DNA of 51,170 nt from a bacterium (GCA_043778555.1 JAYWFY010000059.1:1-51170); one strand, 5' to 3'; counted from the first letter of the stretch, positions 1 through 10,317 are shown. The notes: generated from the sequence alone by a model not told the origin. Numbers and translations are program-made.

Positions 1-32
1 GAAATTAGTAAAATAATTTCGGTCATAGAAGG

Positions 33-254
33 TTATTTCTTGTAATTATGGAATGCAAAAATGGCATAATTTATAATACCGTATAGAAAACACAGTCCAA
101 AGATAAAATTTAATACTCCACCAATAGCAATCAAATAAAAAGGAAAGTTTTTGATAAAATTGAAAACTACAATATAATAACTTGCAAGTAAAAACGCAAA
201 GGTTGAAATAAAGATTGTATATGCTTTATAGTTTTTTATAAATTTAAGTATCAT
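33..254 (-). CDS. Small 2-TM membrane protein, candidate immunity protein
   Basis: 73-aa ORF with two hydrophobic stretches, directly downstream of the secreted-protein gene at 337-927. Confidence 0.6.
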   Translation of the reverse strand: MILKFIKNYKAYTIFISTFAFLLASYYIVVFNFIKNFPFYLIAIGGVLNFIFGLCFLYGIINYAIFAFHNYKK

Positions 255-336
255 TGTAATATTTTTAAGTTATTTTTTAAGAAAAGTAAAAGACTCAAAT
301 AAATGAGTCTCAATACACAAAATATAAACTAGAGAT

Positions 337-927
337 TTACCAATTAGAAGAACCTTTACCAGGATACCAATTACCTTCCATCGAACCTTGACCTACGCAG
401 GATTGACTTTGCCAATCCCATTGCGAACTAGAATATTTGAAACCGCAGGCATCATTGAGAGCATATGGAACTTCAATTTGTCCAGATTCTCGTGAGAAGG
501 ATCCTTCTCCAGTTATTCCAAATATGCCGCCAGGATATGTAAACTGACCAGTTCCTTGGTCTATTACTCCGCAAGCAAAAGTTCCACTTTCAGGAGAAAG
601 TCTTGAACCATAAGAACTTGCATCGTTGTATTTAGTTTGACAGAACTGATTTATGTCTCCATTATTGATGTTTCCAACGATTACCCATTCTGCTTTAGCG
701 GTTTGAGTAAATAAGAGGCTTAGAATCTGTCCGAAATCTCTAACTACTGTGAGTGCAAACTCCCAAATCTAAAGATTTGACCCCTTAGAATGGGTAAACC
801 TAGCTCGTAGTTCCCCCGCAAGAGGGGGTGGCGACGAAGTCGACGGGGGTTTTTTAAAGTTTACAAAAGAATTAGGACAGGCTCTTAGATATGAGAGAGT
901 AATGAATCCAGCAAGAAAGTTTTTCAA
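337..927 (-). pseudogene. Secreted 4-Cys, Gly/Trp-rich protein interrupted by a MITE in its signal peptide
   Basis: Removing 723-884 plus one TTA restores a 141-aa ORF MKNFLAGFITLSYLSLLFTQTAKA|EWVIVGNINNGDINQFCQ...GKGSSNW* (TTG 927 preceded by AGGT; TAA 337-339). Not in the ORF track. Confidence 0.8.
723..884. mobile_element. 162-bp MITE with IS5-like ends
   Basis: Imperfect terminal inverted repeats (GAATCTGTCCGAAAT vs reverse complement GAGCCTGTCCTAATT), TTA duplication at 720-722 and 885-887, internal GC-rich hairpins at 812-850. Confidence 0.8.
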
Positions 928-1077
928 TTGTTTTACCTGTAAATAAGTGTGTGGTGTTTCAGAAGATAACAAGAATATATAAATATAATCTCAGTAGTCA
1001 ACATCAACATTTAAAATTATAATCTATTTTTTTTGGTATTGTCAAGAGCTTTTAAATCTTTATTTGTAAGCTTTTGT

Positions 1078-1104
1078 AGATCTTGAAACAAGTTTGGGAT
1101 GACA
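1078..1104 (-). repeat. REP-like palindromic repeat (TGTCATCCTGAACTTGTTTCAGGATCT type)
   Basis: Reverse complement reads TGTCATCCCAAACTTGTTTCAAGATCT; similar copies at 35672, 36066 and 48993. Confidence 0.7.
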
Positions 1105-1170
1105 ACCTACTTTGATTATCCTTGGGTTGTTGGCATGACGGGTATAGTTGAAAAATTTGATTAGTTCAGG

Positions 1171-2331
1171 TTAAACTTCCATATTTCTGAGTACAGCCAA
1201 CAAGCGGTCCAAATCCTCGATGTTATTATATGCGTGCAAACTAACTCTAACGCTATCTTTCAATTCTTGTGTGCAATGCTGTCCAATTCTAAGATTAATT
1301 TTATTTTGAGATAGCAAAAACTTTAACTTATCGATACCGTAACTTGGTACAAAACTAACAATTCCTGTATTTTGGATTTTGAGATCATAGCCAGCTCCAG
1401 GCATCAATTCTATAGAGTCAAGTTTGTTAAGTTCCAAAACCAAATATCGAGTCAAACTAGCTATCTCTTGGTGTATATTTTTAATTCCAACACTATTGAT
1501 AAAATCTGTTGCTGAACCCAAGGATAGGATCGAGGCAGTATTTTTGGTTCCAACCTCCAAGCTATATGGAAAATAATTTGTTTCTCCTCCACCAAATTTG
1601 ACTTGCCTGAATTGATTTTTAAATTCGTTGCTAGCAATTAAACCGCCAACTCCTTCAAGTCCAAACATCTTGTGACCTGAAAATAATGCGATATTTACAT
1701 TTAGTTCTTCAAAATTAGTGTTTATGTGACCAGCAGTTTGTGCCATATCTAAAACTGTTATTATATTCTCTGGGATTTGAGCTGTGATTTCTGCTATTGG
1801 ATTAACTAGCCCAAATACATTGTGAGCATGAGTCAAAACTACAAATCTGGTTCTCTCTGTAATATTTGTTAGTAAACTTTTGATATCAATCAAGCCTGTA
1901 AACGGGTCGAGAAGGTATTTTTTGATTTGTATATTTTTACCAACTATTTTTAATTCTTTTGTTAATTCAATCCACGGTAAAATCGTAGCTTTGTGGTCCA
2001 AGTCGCAAATCAAAATTTCGTCCCCATTCATGAGAATATTTTTGGCTAAAGAATTAGTAATAGTATTCATTCCATCTGTAACCCCAAAAGTAAAGGCTAG
2101 ATTGTTTTTTTGAGTTCCAAAAAAATTTGCCACTTTTACCCTTGATTCTTCAATTTGTTCTTCGGTTTCAAAACTCATACCAAAATCACTTCTTCCTGGA
2201 TTTGCAACAGTCTCCAGATATTTAGCAATTGAATCAATGACGCATTTTGGTTTTTGGGAAGTTGCTGCTGAGTCCAAATAAATCAACTCAGGATTGTTTT
2301 GGAAAAATGGGAAATAGCTTCTAATACACAT
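1171..2331 (-). CDS. SufS/CsdA-like cysteine desulfurase (class V PLP enzyme)
   Basis: YLDSAATSQKP, DMAQ, FSGHKMFG (PLP lysine), RIGQHC variant of the group II catalytic RxGHHC motif. Confidence 0.88.
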   Translation of the reverse strand: MCIRSYFPFFQNNPELIYLDSAATSQKPKCVIDSIAKYLETVANPGRSDFGMSFETEEQIEESRVKVANFFGTQKNNLAFTFGVTDGMNTITNSLAKNILMNGDEILICDLDHKATILPWIELTKELKIVGKNIQIKKYLLDPFTGLIDIKSLLTNITERTRFVVLTHAHNVFGLVNPIAEITAQIPENIITVLDMAQTAGHINTNFEELNVNIALFSGHKMFGLEGVGGLIASNEFKNQFRQVKFGGGETNYFPYSLEVGTKNTASILSLGSATDFINSVGIKNIHQEIASLTRYLVLELNKLDSIELMPGAGYDLKIQNTGIVSFVPSYGIDKLKFLLSQNKINLRIGQHCTQELKDSVRVSLHAYNNIEDLDRLLAVLRNMEV

Positions 2332-2333
2332 AA

Positions 2334-3037
2334 TTATCTTAATTTTGCTTCTATAAAAATAGCTTCATGATAGTTAATTTCTTGGTTTAATTCAAATACA
2401 CTAATTTTTGTTGTCGTAAGATTAGAGTTATTAAATAATTGTTCAAGTTTTTTTAAATTAGGATTTAACAATCCTTCCATGTTTGATTCAATCATTTTTC
2501 TTGTAAAATTAGTTACTTTTTTATACCTTAATATCATCAGCAAGAATTTACCATTTGATTCTAACATTTTTGCTACATTGTTTAGTGAGGATATAAAGTC
2601 TGCTTCAGTATTAACACATTCAATTGATTGGATTCCTATTACCATGCTATATTTTTGAGGTAAACTACTTTTTACAAAGTCCAAAATTTCTATTCTATTT
2701 ATTTTTGATACGATGTTTTCAGCTATTTCATGGAAATTTAGCTTGGATGGAATAATGCCATTTTTTTTAAAAATAAAATAGTTTCTTTAAAATTAGCCTC
2801 CAAATACTCTGGACTGAGCTGGTTTATTGTAGCAGATTGAGACTCTATAAAAACTTTATTGCAATCAACAAAATCCACGGTACCAACTTTGTCTATATAT
2901 CCAAGAGACCAATAATGACCAACAGCCCCACAACCAAGATCTAAAACAATGTCTCCGTGTACTTTGGAAATTAATTCTGTAAAGACTAGCTTTCTGATGT
3001 CATTGACTGGGTTAAATATAAAATCAAAATTGTCCAT
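2334..3037 (-). pseudogene. Class I SAM-dependent methyltransferase (NNMT/PNMT/TEMT-like), frameshifted at an A8 run
   Basis: VLDLGCG motif I in the 5' part. One extra A at 2761-2768 joins ...LFLKK to NGIIPSKLNFHEIAENIVSKINRIEILDFVK..., giving a 234-aa ORF that abuts both neighbours. Confidence 0.75.
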
Positions 3038-4364
3038 AACTTTTAATTGTTTTAATAAGTTCAAATTCTTTTTCTTTCCAGGCTTTAATCCCACCGAGTA
3101 ATGAAAATGTAGTATAACCTTGATTTTCTAAAAATGCACAAAATTTACCACTGATTTTACCAACACTACACACGATTACTATTTCTTTGTTCAATGGCAG
3201 AGTATTACCTTGTTCGATAATTGTACCAAAAAGCTCATCAAGTATATTGATAGAATCCTTTATATGCCCTATCGAATAAGCAAAATTACCCCTTATATCT
3301 ATAATAATTGGAGGATTTTGACTGTTAATCTTGAGTAGAAGCTGATCAGGCTCAATTGTTTTCGATATTGCTATTTGATCAGGTGTGATATTGTTGACTG
3401 TTAATCTTGATTGGGTTGATTTTTCAAAAATATCAGGGCAGTATTTTTTGACATAATTCATATATGGTTCTGCCCTATCACAAGCTATAAAAACTACTTT
3501 TTGTTTTTCTTTAAAAGTTTGTGAATTATCAATTTTTTGGAGATAATCGATCATACAAGCATAATTTAATCCACTAGTCGGACCAGCTAGAATTCCACAC
3601 TTCTGATTAATTATTTGCATTCCATAAATAGCTTTCTCGATACTGCCGCTGATAATATCAGTGTAAAACTTTTTATCAAAAAAACCAGTTTCCCAGAGTT
3701 CATTGATATTTCTACCTCCAGGTATCCAGCTTGCTGCTTCTGATATCACTCCAATTGTCTTGACTGGAATATTCATTTGTTTCATATAGCTAGCAGCACC
3801 AAAAGTCGAACCACAAGTACCCAACACACCAAAAAAGTAATCTAAAGTACCCAAATCATTAATTACCTCTTCACCAGTTTTTTGGTGAGCTTTCCAGTTG
3901 TTCTCATTAAAATACTGATCAGTGTATGTCCATTTTGTTGGCTCAGAAATAGCTAAGTTACTCGTTATGGTCAGAGGATTACTTAGATCGTTTGGGTCTG
4001 GACAATCAGATAGCCCTGGTAATTCTTCGATTTGAGCACCCAAAAACTGTAGCATCATCCTTACTTCTTGGACTTTCATCCTATTAGTAATGGTTTTAAA
4101 TTCAAGGTTGTTAATTTTTGCCAAAATAGCTAGTGCCTTGGCTGTGTTACCGCTTGATGACTCAAGTATTGTTTTATTTAATTTTTTAGTTTCCAATAGT
4201 TCAGGTTCTAATATATTTAAAGCAACTCTATCTTTGAGAGAGCCAAAAGGATTATAGTATTCTAGCTTGGCGTAGATTTCAAAGTCATTAAGTTTATGGA
4301 CGCTTTGATCTATTTTTAAAAGCGGGGTGTTGCCTATTAATTCTGTGATATTGTTATAAATCAT
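3024..4364 (-). CDS. Cysteine synthase-like (CysK/CBS fold) PLP enzyme fused to a C-terminal rhodanese
   Basis: IGNTPL, KLEYYNPFGSLKDR, ESSSGNT, GTCGS; C-terminal IIDIR...GHI...CSVGKIS...LLGGIKAW; ATG 4364 overlaps the upstream stop. Confidence 0.9.
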   Translation of the reverse strand: MIYNNITELIGNTPLLKIDQSVHKLNDFEIYAKLEYYNPFGSLKDRVALNILEPELLETKKLNKTILESSSGNTAKALAILAKINNLEFKTITNRMKVQEVRMMLQFLGAQIEELPGLSDCPDPNDLSNPLTITSNLAISEPTKWTYTDQYFNENNWKAHQKTGEEVINDLGTLDYFFGVLGTCGSTFGAASYMKQMNIPVKTIGVISEAASWIPGGRNINELWETGFFDKKFYTDIISGSIEKAIYGMQIINQKCGILAGPTSGLNYACMIDYLQKIDNSQTFKEKQKVVFIACDRAEPYMNYVKKYCPDIFEKSTQSRLTVNNITPDQIAISKTIEPDQLLLKINSQNPPIIIDIRGNFAYSIGHIKDSINILDELFGTIIEQGNTLPLNKEIVIVCSVGKISGKFCAFLENQGYTTFSLLGGIKAWKEKEFELIKTIKSYGQF

Positions 4365-5814
4365 GTGATTGTTGAGTAATATATGGGTTGTAATTTTCTG
4401 GGTTAGTAATTCGCCATAAGTTATTATTTTTATAAGCAACTAGTTGTTTGGACAGTGGGTGCATCATCGGGGAAGCGTCTTCAAAGCCTGCCAAGTAAGG
4501 AGCTGTATTAGTAAAAACTATAACGTCTCCAGTCTCTGGTAATTGATTAAAATAGTGAATCCTGGGGCTCAAAAAATCATCCTCTTGACAGATATTACCC
4601 ACCAAAAATGCTTTATAGTCAGTATTAACAGCTAGTTTATTCTTTTTTATCAAAATGGTGTTGCTATTATACTCTGACATTTTTACTAATGATAAATTAT
4701 ATGAATTGGCATCCATGACTATGAGATTTTGTCCACAACCAGATGATTTGGTTTCTATTACTTCACAGAGACTTATCCCACATTGTTGCAAGAGACTATG
4801 ACCAGGCTCAAACATTATTTCAAATATATTTTCAGCAAGTACACTTGCAATACTATTTCCATTTTGGTAAAATTCACCGAGAAACATATTTTTCAGATCC
4901 TCGCTTAATGTCGAGTTGTAAAACTTACTGAGGGCAGTTTCTTTGTTTTTGATTCTACCCAAACTATTCAATTCTAACCCATACTTACTATTTCCCCAAA
5001 CATAACTGCTATCAGTATTATTTAATATATCTTCTTCAATTTTAACGATAAAATCTGACCATTGACTATAATCAACAATAGTTTTAGTCCTCTGAGTGCC
5101 ACCAAAGTTAATAATGCTTGGAGACAGGTTATACTGGTAAGCTAATTCCAGTTTTTGTATGATAGTATTCAAGAAATCGATTTTAGTTTCAATATCATAT
5201 CCATACTGGTGAAAGTGCAAGCCCTGAAAGTTAATTTGACTATTTAATTCAGCAAACCTAACATACATACATTCAAGATTATCAATACAAACTCCAAACT
5301 TTGATTTTTTGATATTGATTTTTTTGGAAATAGTATTTAGAGAATTAATTCTAAGTAAAATGTTTGTTTTATGGCTCAAATTTAAATATTTACGAATTTC
5401 TAAAACTCTATTTAGTTCACTTTCAGAATCCAAGCTAATCAAGCAATTATGCAAAAGTAAAAGTTGTAAAAATTCGTTATTTTTGGGACCAGTAGCTTCT
5501 ATTTGATCTCCTACAAACCCACAACTCAAGGCAGAGATCAATTCAGCTTTGGAAGATACATCTATATTGATACCTAGTTTTAAGGCTTCTTTTATAAATG
5601 CTTGATTTTTAGTAGCTTTGTGTGCAAGGAATATTTTACCTTTAAAATTATTTTGATCAAAGCAATCTTTGAATATATTTACATTTTTGTATAAATTTTG
5701 TGGAAAACCTATGTGAATTGGTCTTTTGAATTGATTAACAAGCGAGAATATCAAGTCTTCTTCTTTCAAAAAGTCAACTATTTCTTTGTCTATTATTGGA
5801 GTGATGCTAACCAT
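4354..5814 (-). CDS. Y4yA-like type III PLP decarboxylase (diaminopimelate/ornithine decarboxylase family)
   Basis: FLAHKA (PLP lysine), DVSS..EL, SKFG, GLHFH, INFGG, FEPG, GNICQEDD, NTAPY. Confidence 0.85.
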   Translation of the reverse strand: MVSITPIIDKEIVDFLKEEDLIFSLVNQFKRPIHIGFPQNLYKNVNIFKDCFDQNNFKGKIFLAHKATKNQAFIKEALKLGINIDVSSKAELISALSCGFVGDQIEATGPKNNEFLQLLLLHNCLISLDSESELNRVLEIRKYLNLSHKTNILLRINSLNTISKKINIKKSKFGVCIDNLECMYVRFAELNSQINFQGLHFHQYGYDIETKIDFLNTIIQKLELAYQYNLSPSIINFGGTQRTKTIVDYSQWSDFIVKIEEDILNNTDSSYVWGNSKYGLELNSLGRIKNKETALSKFYNSTLSEDLKNMFLGEFYQNGNSIASVLAENIFEIMFEPGHSLLQQCGISLCEVIETKSSGCGQNLIVMDANSYNLSLVKMSEYNSNTILIKKNKLAVNTDYKAFLVGNICQEDDFLSPRIHYFNQLPETGDVIVFTNTAPYLAGFEDASPMMHPLSKQLVAYKNNNLWRITNPENYNPYITQQSHDL

Positions 5815-6739
5815 AAAAACTATCGTATTTAAATTCTGGATTGATTTGAGATTCTAATTTTTGGTCATAATAATCGTTGTACCATGACTGACAATTAAGA
5901 TTATGTACTTTGATCAAATTTTGCCAATATACATCCAAATCACGATTAATTTTTTGGCATTCAATTTCTACATTTTTAAAAACTTCTTCACACTCCAAAA
6001 TGTAGTCATCGAAAGAATCGTAGTCACCCTGTTCAAACTTTTTAATATTTTTTGATTTTGGTATTTCACCTAAAATGTAGCTCGAGTCAATATTTTTGCT
6101 GATAAAATCTTCGTCGCCTGCTTCATACTTATTAATAATACATTTAGTATTCAAATTGTTAATTTCGGAAAAAACTAAAAAATCTTTAAAAACTTGGATA
6201 CTTTTTTCGGTAGGTTCGACTACAAAAATATTGAGATCATGGGCAAAGATTAATGAGGTGCCGAGGTTATCTATCCCAGCAGTAGAATCAGTAATGACCC
6301 AATCACTTTTCCTATCGATAAGGTGGTGAAAGACAGACTCTAGACATTTCAACTTGCCATGGTAGCATGCTGTACCCAAATCGCTTTGCTGATAGGTTCC
6401 AACCGTAAGTAACGAGATGTTGTCATGAGATAAGCAATACTTTTCTATAAATGGATCAGATTTATTGGTATAAATAAATTGTGAATCAAAGTTTGGAGGT
6501 GTAGTTCCTATAAATTTGGTTTCAACTTTTCGCTTTCCTTTGATATAATTTGAGATTTCTGGGAATAAATTTCCTATTTTTTTGGTTTCCCCTTTGAGCT
6601 GCAAGGCATTTTGCAAATGAACATTGAGGTCTGCATCAATTGCTAACACATGCTGATTGTTTTGACTTAAATATTTTGTAAAAGCTGCAGTAACAGTTGT
6701 TTTTCCACTTCCACCTTTACCTAAAAATGACACTCGCAT
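5807..6739 (-). CDS. CooC/MinD-like P-loop ATPase
   Basis: GKGGSGKTT deviant Walker A, AIDAD, GTACYH (CxH in place of the CooC CxC), DSTAG, VVEPT. Confidence 0.85.
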   Translation of the reverse strand: MRVSFLGKGGSGKTTVTAAFTKYLSQNNQHVLAIDADLNVHLQNALQLKGETKKIGNLFPEISNYIKGKRKVETKFIGTTPPNFDSQFIYTNKSDPFIEKYCLSHDNISLLTVGTYQQSDLGTACYHGKLKCLESVFHHLIDRKSDWVITDSTAGIDNLGTSLIFAHDLNIFVVEPTEKSIQVFKDFLVFSEINNLNTKCIINKYEAGDEDFISKNIDSSYILGEIPKSKNIKKFEQGDYDSFDDYILECEEVFKNVEIECQKINRDLDVYWQNLIKVHNLNCQSWYNDYYDQKLESQINPEFKYDSFYG

Positions 6740-6779
6740 AATAATATATTTTATGATTTTAATTGTAATATTGTAGATT

Positions 6780-7445
6780 TTATTTTTCTTCCTTCTTGTT
6801 TGTTAATTTTACTTGTAATAAAGTGGTCACTAGTTTTCCACTTTCGTCTATATATGGATACATTATTGTATCACCAAAGTATACTTGCTGCTCAGAGAAA
6901 AGGTCAATATTTGATTGATTGAGATTAAAAGGATCTGTTGCGTCTGGTAATTTATCTTGATAACAATTTGGTCCAAAAACTAACTTTCGCTTTGGAAGAT
7001 TGGACGATTTTGTAGCTGATAAGTAATCGCTGCTATTAGTTTCGATATATTTAGTAATATTTGGGTCTAGATCAATAATACAAAAGTACTTAGCAGGATC
7101 AAAATAATTTTGGGTTCCTTCCCAAAAAAATGTATCAAACAGTGCAGCGTTTTGAGGGTGAACCCTATATGATTCAGATTTAAGAAGCATATCTTGGCTA
7201 ACTTTCCAAGTTTTTATTTCCTTTTGAAGTTTTAAAAAGCTCTCATGATTTGTGATAAATACCTTTGGAGATTTTTCTGGTCTAGTACATTGTTCAATTT
7301 TTTTGGAATAATTGTTTAATTCCTTGCTGGTAACAATCTCCCTAAATAAACCAATCCTTTTAAAGGCCATAATTTTATCTTCAATCTCATCAACATAGGG
7401 ATTATTAGTAGTTTGTTTTTCTCTTTCTAAAAGTAGTTTTATCAT
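6780..7445 (-). CDS. Hypothetical protein
   Basis: Open frame within the operon; ATG 7445 lies 4 nt after the GTPase stop. Confidence 0.7.
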   Translation of the reverse strand: MIKLLLEREKQTTNNPYVDEIEDKIMAFKRIGLFREIVTSKELNNYSKKIEQCTRPEKSPKVFITNHESFLKLQKEIKTWKVSQDMLLKSESYRVHPQNAALFDTFFWEGTQNYFDPAKYFCIIDLDPNITKYIETNSSDYLSATKSSNLPKRKLVFGPNCYQDKLPDATDPFNLNQSNIDLFSEQQVYFGDTIMYPYIDESGKLVTTLLQVKLTNKKEEK

Positions 7446-7449
7446 AATT

Positions 7450-8685
7450 TTATTGTTTTTGTTCAATTTTAAATGAAGTTGCATTAGTATATTCAAAACT
7501 AGCCATATCTTGTTCAGATTCAAGACATTTATTTAATTCGGTAGTAATTTTTTGTTCGTCAATTCCCATTCCAATGAATACGATCTCTTGTCGCCTGTCA
7601 CCATATTCACCCTCAAATAGTGATTCAATTTTGTTTATTTCCTCAAAATCTCCAGGCCAATATTCATTATCTGCACAAATCCACCAAGTCCCAATAGAAT
7701 TGCCTAATATGATACTAACTCCAGCTTGTGAGTATTCAAAAACCCTATCCATATCGTCACTTATCCAATACATTCCTTTGGCACGGATTACACCAGCTAA
7801 TTTGCTTGAAGTCAACAATCTTTCTAGCTTCTCTGGATTGAATGGACGCCTTGCTCGATATACAAAATTAGAAATGCCATATTCTTCTTTTTCAGATTTG
7901 TGCTTGTTGCTTAGTTCTTCATTCCAAGCTTCGGTTTTTTGGGATGCATCCATGTCAAATAGCCTAGTATTGAGAATTTTGTCCAATTCAATATTAGAAT
8001 TGTTAGTTACATAGATTTTGGCTGTTCCGTTGAGGCTTTTGATAAGGGTTTTAATCTTGGCTATTGTTTGAGCATCTATCAAGTCAATTTTATTAAGTAA
8101 GATCACATCGGCAAATTCAATTTGGTCTATGATTAGATTCGACAAGCTTCGATCATCTTCTTCGCCCAAGGATTGTTTTAATTCAAGTAAGGTTTTGCCT
8201 TCGTTCATAATCGACAAGAAATTACTTGCATCAACGACTGTAACCATGGTATCTAATTCTGCTACATCTCCAAGGCTTTTGCCATCTTCTCCAACAAAAG
8301 TGAATGTTTGGGCGACGGGTAGAGGTTCACTAATTCCACTAGATTCTATTACTAGATAATCATATTTGCCTGATTTGGCTAGTTTTTCGACCTCTATGAG
8401 TAAATCTTCTCGGAGTGTGCAACAAATGCAGCCATTGCTGATTTCTACCATTTTGGCTTCTTGTTTGCGGACTTCACCGCCGTTCATTCTGATTAATTCA
8501 GCGTCTATGTTAACCTCTGCCATGTCATTGACTATTACCGCTACTTTTTTGCCTTCTGAATTATTGAGAATATGATTGAGCAGTGTGGTTTTGCCTGAAC
8601 CTAGGAAACCAGAGATAACTGTAACTGGCAATTTTTTGAAATCTTTTGTGAGACTTTTTGACTTTTTAGAAACAGACTTTGACAT
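7450..8685 (-). CDS. COG0523/CobW-family zinc metallochaperone GTPase (ZigA/YciC-like)
   Basis: [13 protein letters not shown] metal motif, ESSG, NKID, CobW_C-like RAKG...[11 protein letters not shown]. Confidence 0.95.
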   Translation of the reverse strand: MSKSVSKKSKSLTKDFKKLPVTVISGFLGSGKTTLLNHILNNSEGKKVAVIVNDMAEVNIDAELIRMNGGEVRKQEAKMVEISNGCICCTLREDLLIEVEKLAKSGKYDYLVIESSGISEPLPVAQTFTFVGEDGKSLGDVAELDTMVTVVDASNFLSIMNEGKTLLELKQSLGEEDDRSLSNLIIDQIEFADVILLNKIDLIDAQTIAKIKTLIKSLNGTAKIYVTNNSNIELDKILNTRLFDMDASQKTEAWNEELSNKHKSEKEEYGISNFVYRARRPFNPEKLERLLTSSKLAGVIRAKGMYWISDDMDRVFEYSQAGVSIILGNSIGTWWICADNEYWPGDFEEINKIESLFEGEYGDRRQEIVFIGMGIDEQKITTELNKCLESEQDMASFEYTNATSFKIEQKQ

Positions 8686-8692
8686 ATATTTT

Positions 8693-8721
8693 AGTATTGC
8701 AACTTAGTTGCATTTTGTCAA
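8693..8721 (-). promoter_or_regulatory. Sigma70 promoter with a Zur-like palindromic operator in its spacer
   Basis: TTGACA (8721-8716)-17-AATACT (8698-8693); perfect palindrome TGCAAC-tta-GTTGCA at 8698-8712. Confidence 0.75.
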
Positions 8722-8863
8722 CTTTCGAACTAATGTTTAAGCCTAAAACAAATTAAAAATTGAATAAAATCAAAGTTTGACAGGCAATTTTATTTTATAC
8801 ACAATAACATGTAAGCAGTGATCACATCTCAAATACCATTTTTAACAATTTTACATTTATTTT

Positions 8864-9952
8864 ATGTCACAAACGTTCACAAAAGTGTTATCCAAAATGC
8901 TCACAGCTGTTTTTGTTTTCTCAATCATCGTAGCTAGCTTACCAGCTACTGCCGCAGAATCAAAAAACTCAATCGACGATTTAAAGAAAATTCAAAATAA
9001 TATACGAGACAAAGATCCCCAAAAAATCCAGTCTGAAAAACTAACAAAGAAAAGTAAAGATGTCCAAGTCTCTAATCAAAAAAATTTAGATATCGAGATA
9101 GATTCAGATAATAAACAAATTCGTGTAAATAATAAATCGAAAGGTAATACAACAATTGGTATTCCAGGTAGTAATTTATTAACTGATGTCCAAACTGTCG
9201 ATAATCAAGTCATATTTTCAAATAAAAATGCAAAGTTTGATGTTGTAGCCGAAGCCATTGGTGGAGGTGTTCGCCAAGTAATTAATATTAAAGATTCATC
9301 AGCTCCTACAGAATACGATTTTCCAATATTCTTAGCTGAAGGTGAGAAATTAATTCTAAATGAAGATGGAAATGCAATTATTACAAAACCCAAAACAGAA
9401 CAGTAAAAAAATATTGAAAAAAAATCTCCAAATGATTTAAAACTGAACGACTATTCTATAAAATTTGTCATTGGGAAGCCTTGGGCAAAAGATGCTAACG
9501 CCAAAGATCTCAAAACTTATTATTCTGTCAAAGGTTCAAGTCTAAGACAAACAATCGAAACTAATGGTGCAGTGTTTCCAATCATAGCAGATCCACTATT
9601 CTGTGGTACTCAAATTTCCTCTACAAATTGGTTCCAAAACCCTGATTCAAGTCATTGGACATTAAGTGTATATCCTAGTCCATGTGGATTTTATGCGGCA
9701 AATTTGTCATGGTATGCAAGATATGGAGATGCTTGGCAAGATGTATCTTCTGCTACAGGTACATATGGTTGGTGTAGCTATTGGAGTAATGATCAATACG
9801 CTTCAATGTTTTACCAATTTGTTTGTCATTATAATGTTCTTGGATCTTTAAAAGCTGTAATACCTGGAAGTACACAGTATGCATGGAATCTTGATGAATG
9901 GAGACCAAATGTAGGCTGGGCGTCAACAGTTTTAAGTAAGTGTAATCCATAA
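8864..9952 (+). pseudogene. Secreted protein with C-terminal DUF2599-like domain, split by one in-frame TAA
   Basis: Signal peptide; SAPTEYDF, then PWAKDAN...FPIIADP continues in frame past TAA 9404-9406; C-terminal QFVCH...WNLDEWRP...CNP. Confidence 0.8.
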
Positions 9953-10317
9953 TGAATAAAAATTTATTTAGGTATTTAGGTGTTTTTTTAATATGGGTAA
10001 TCCCAGCTCTATCATATTTTAATTATCCAAATACTATTTACTTTGCTTTGCTTTCAATACCAATTTTTATATTTAGTTTAGTTTGGATAATAATTAAACT
10101 TGCAAAAGATGACTATTTTGATAGAAATATAATTAAATATATTCTTTTATTCTCAATCTCAATTCTAGGCGTAATCTGCGGATTTGTAATTGAGGCAAAT
10201 AACCTAGAAGCAAATAAACAGTTTATAAACTTTACATTTGTGGACTTTATATTTCCAATTTCAATTATCAGTTCAGCTAGCATTCCAGCTACATATCTGA
10301 TATTCTCAAAAAAATAA
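9952..10317 (+). CDS. 4-TM membrane protein, candidate immunity protein
   Basis: 121 aa, hydrophobic, TAATG overlap with the upstream gene. Confidence 0.7.
   Translation: MNKNLFRYLGVFLIWVIPALSYFNYPNTIYFALLSIPIFIFSLVWIIIKLAKDDYFDRNIIKYILLFSISILGVICGFVIEANNLEANKQFINFTFVDFIFPISIISSASIPATYLIFSKK

Noticed and set aside
769-972. 67-aa ORF as an independent gene
   Set aside because: It is the 5' part of the interrupted secreted gene reading into the MITE
9404-9406. Stop-codon reassignment suggested by in-frame TAA (9404) and TAG (769)
   Set aside because: TAA, TAG and TGA all end conserved or tightly coupled genes in this window, and long ORFs have no internal stops; these are isolated lesions
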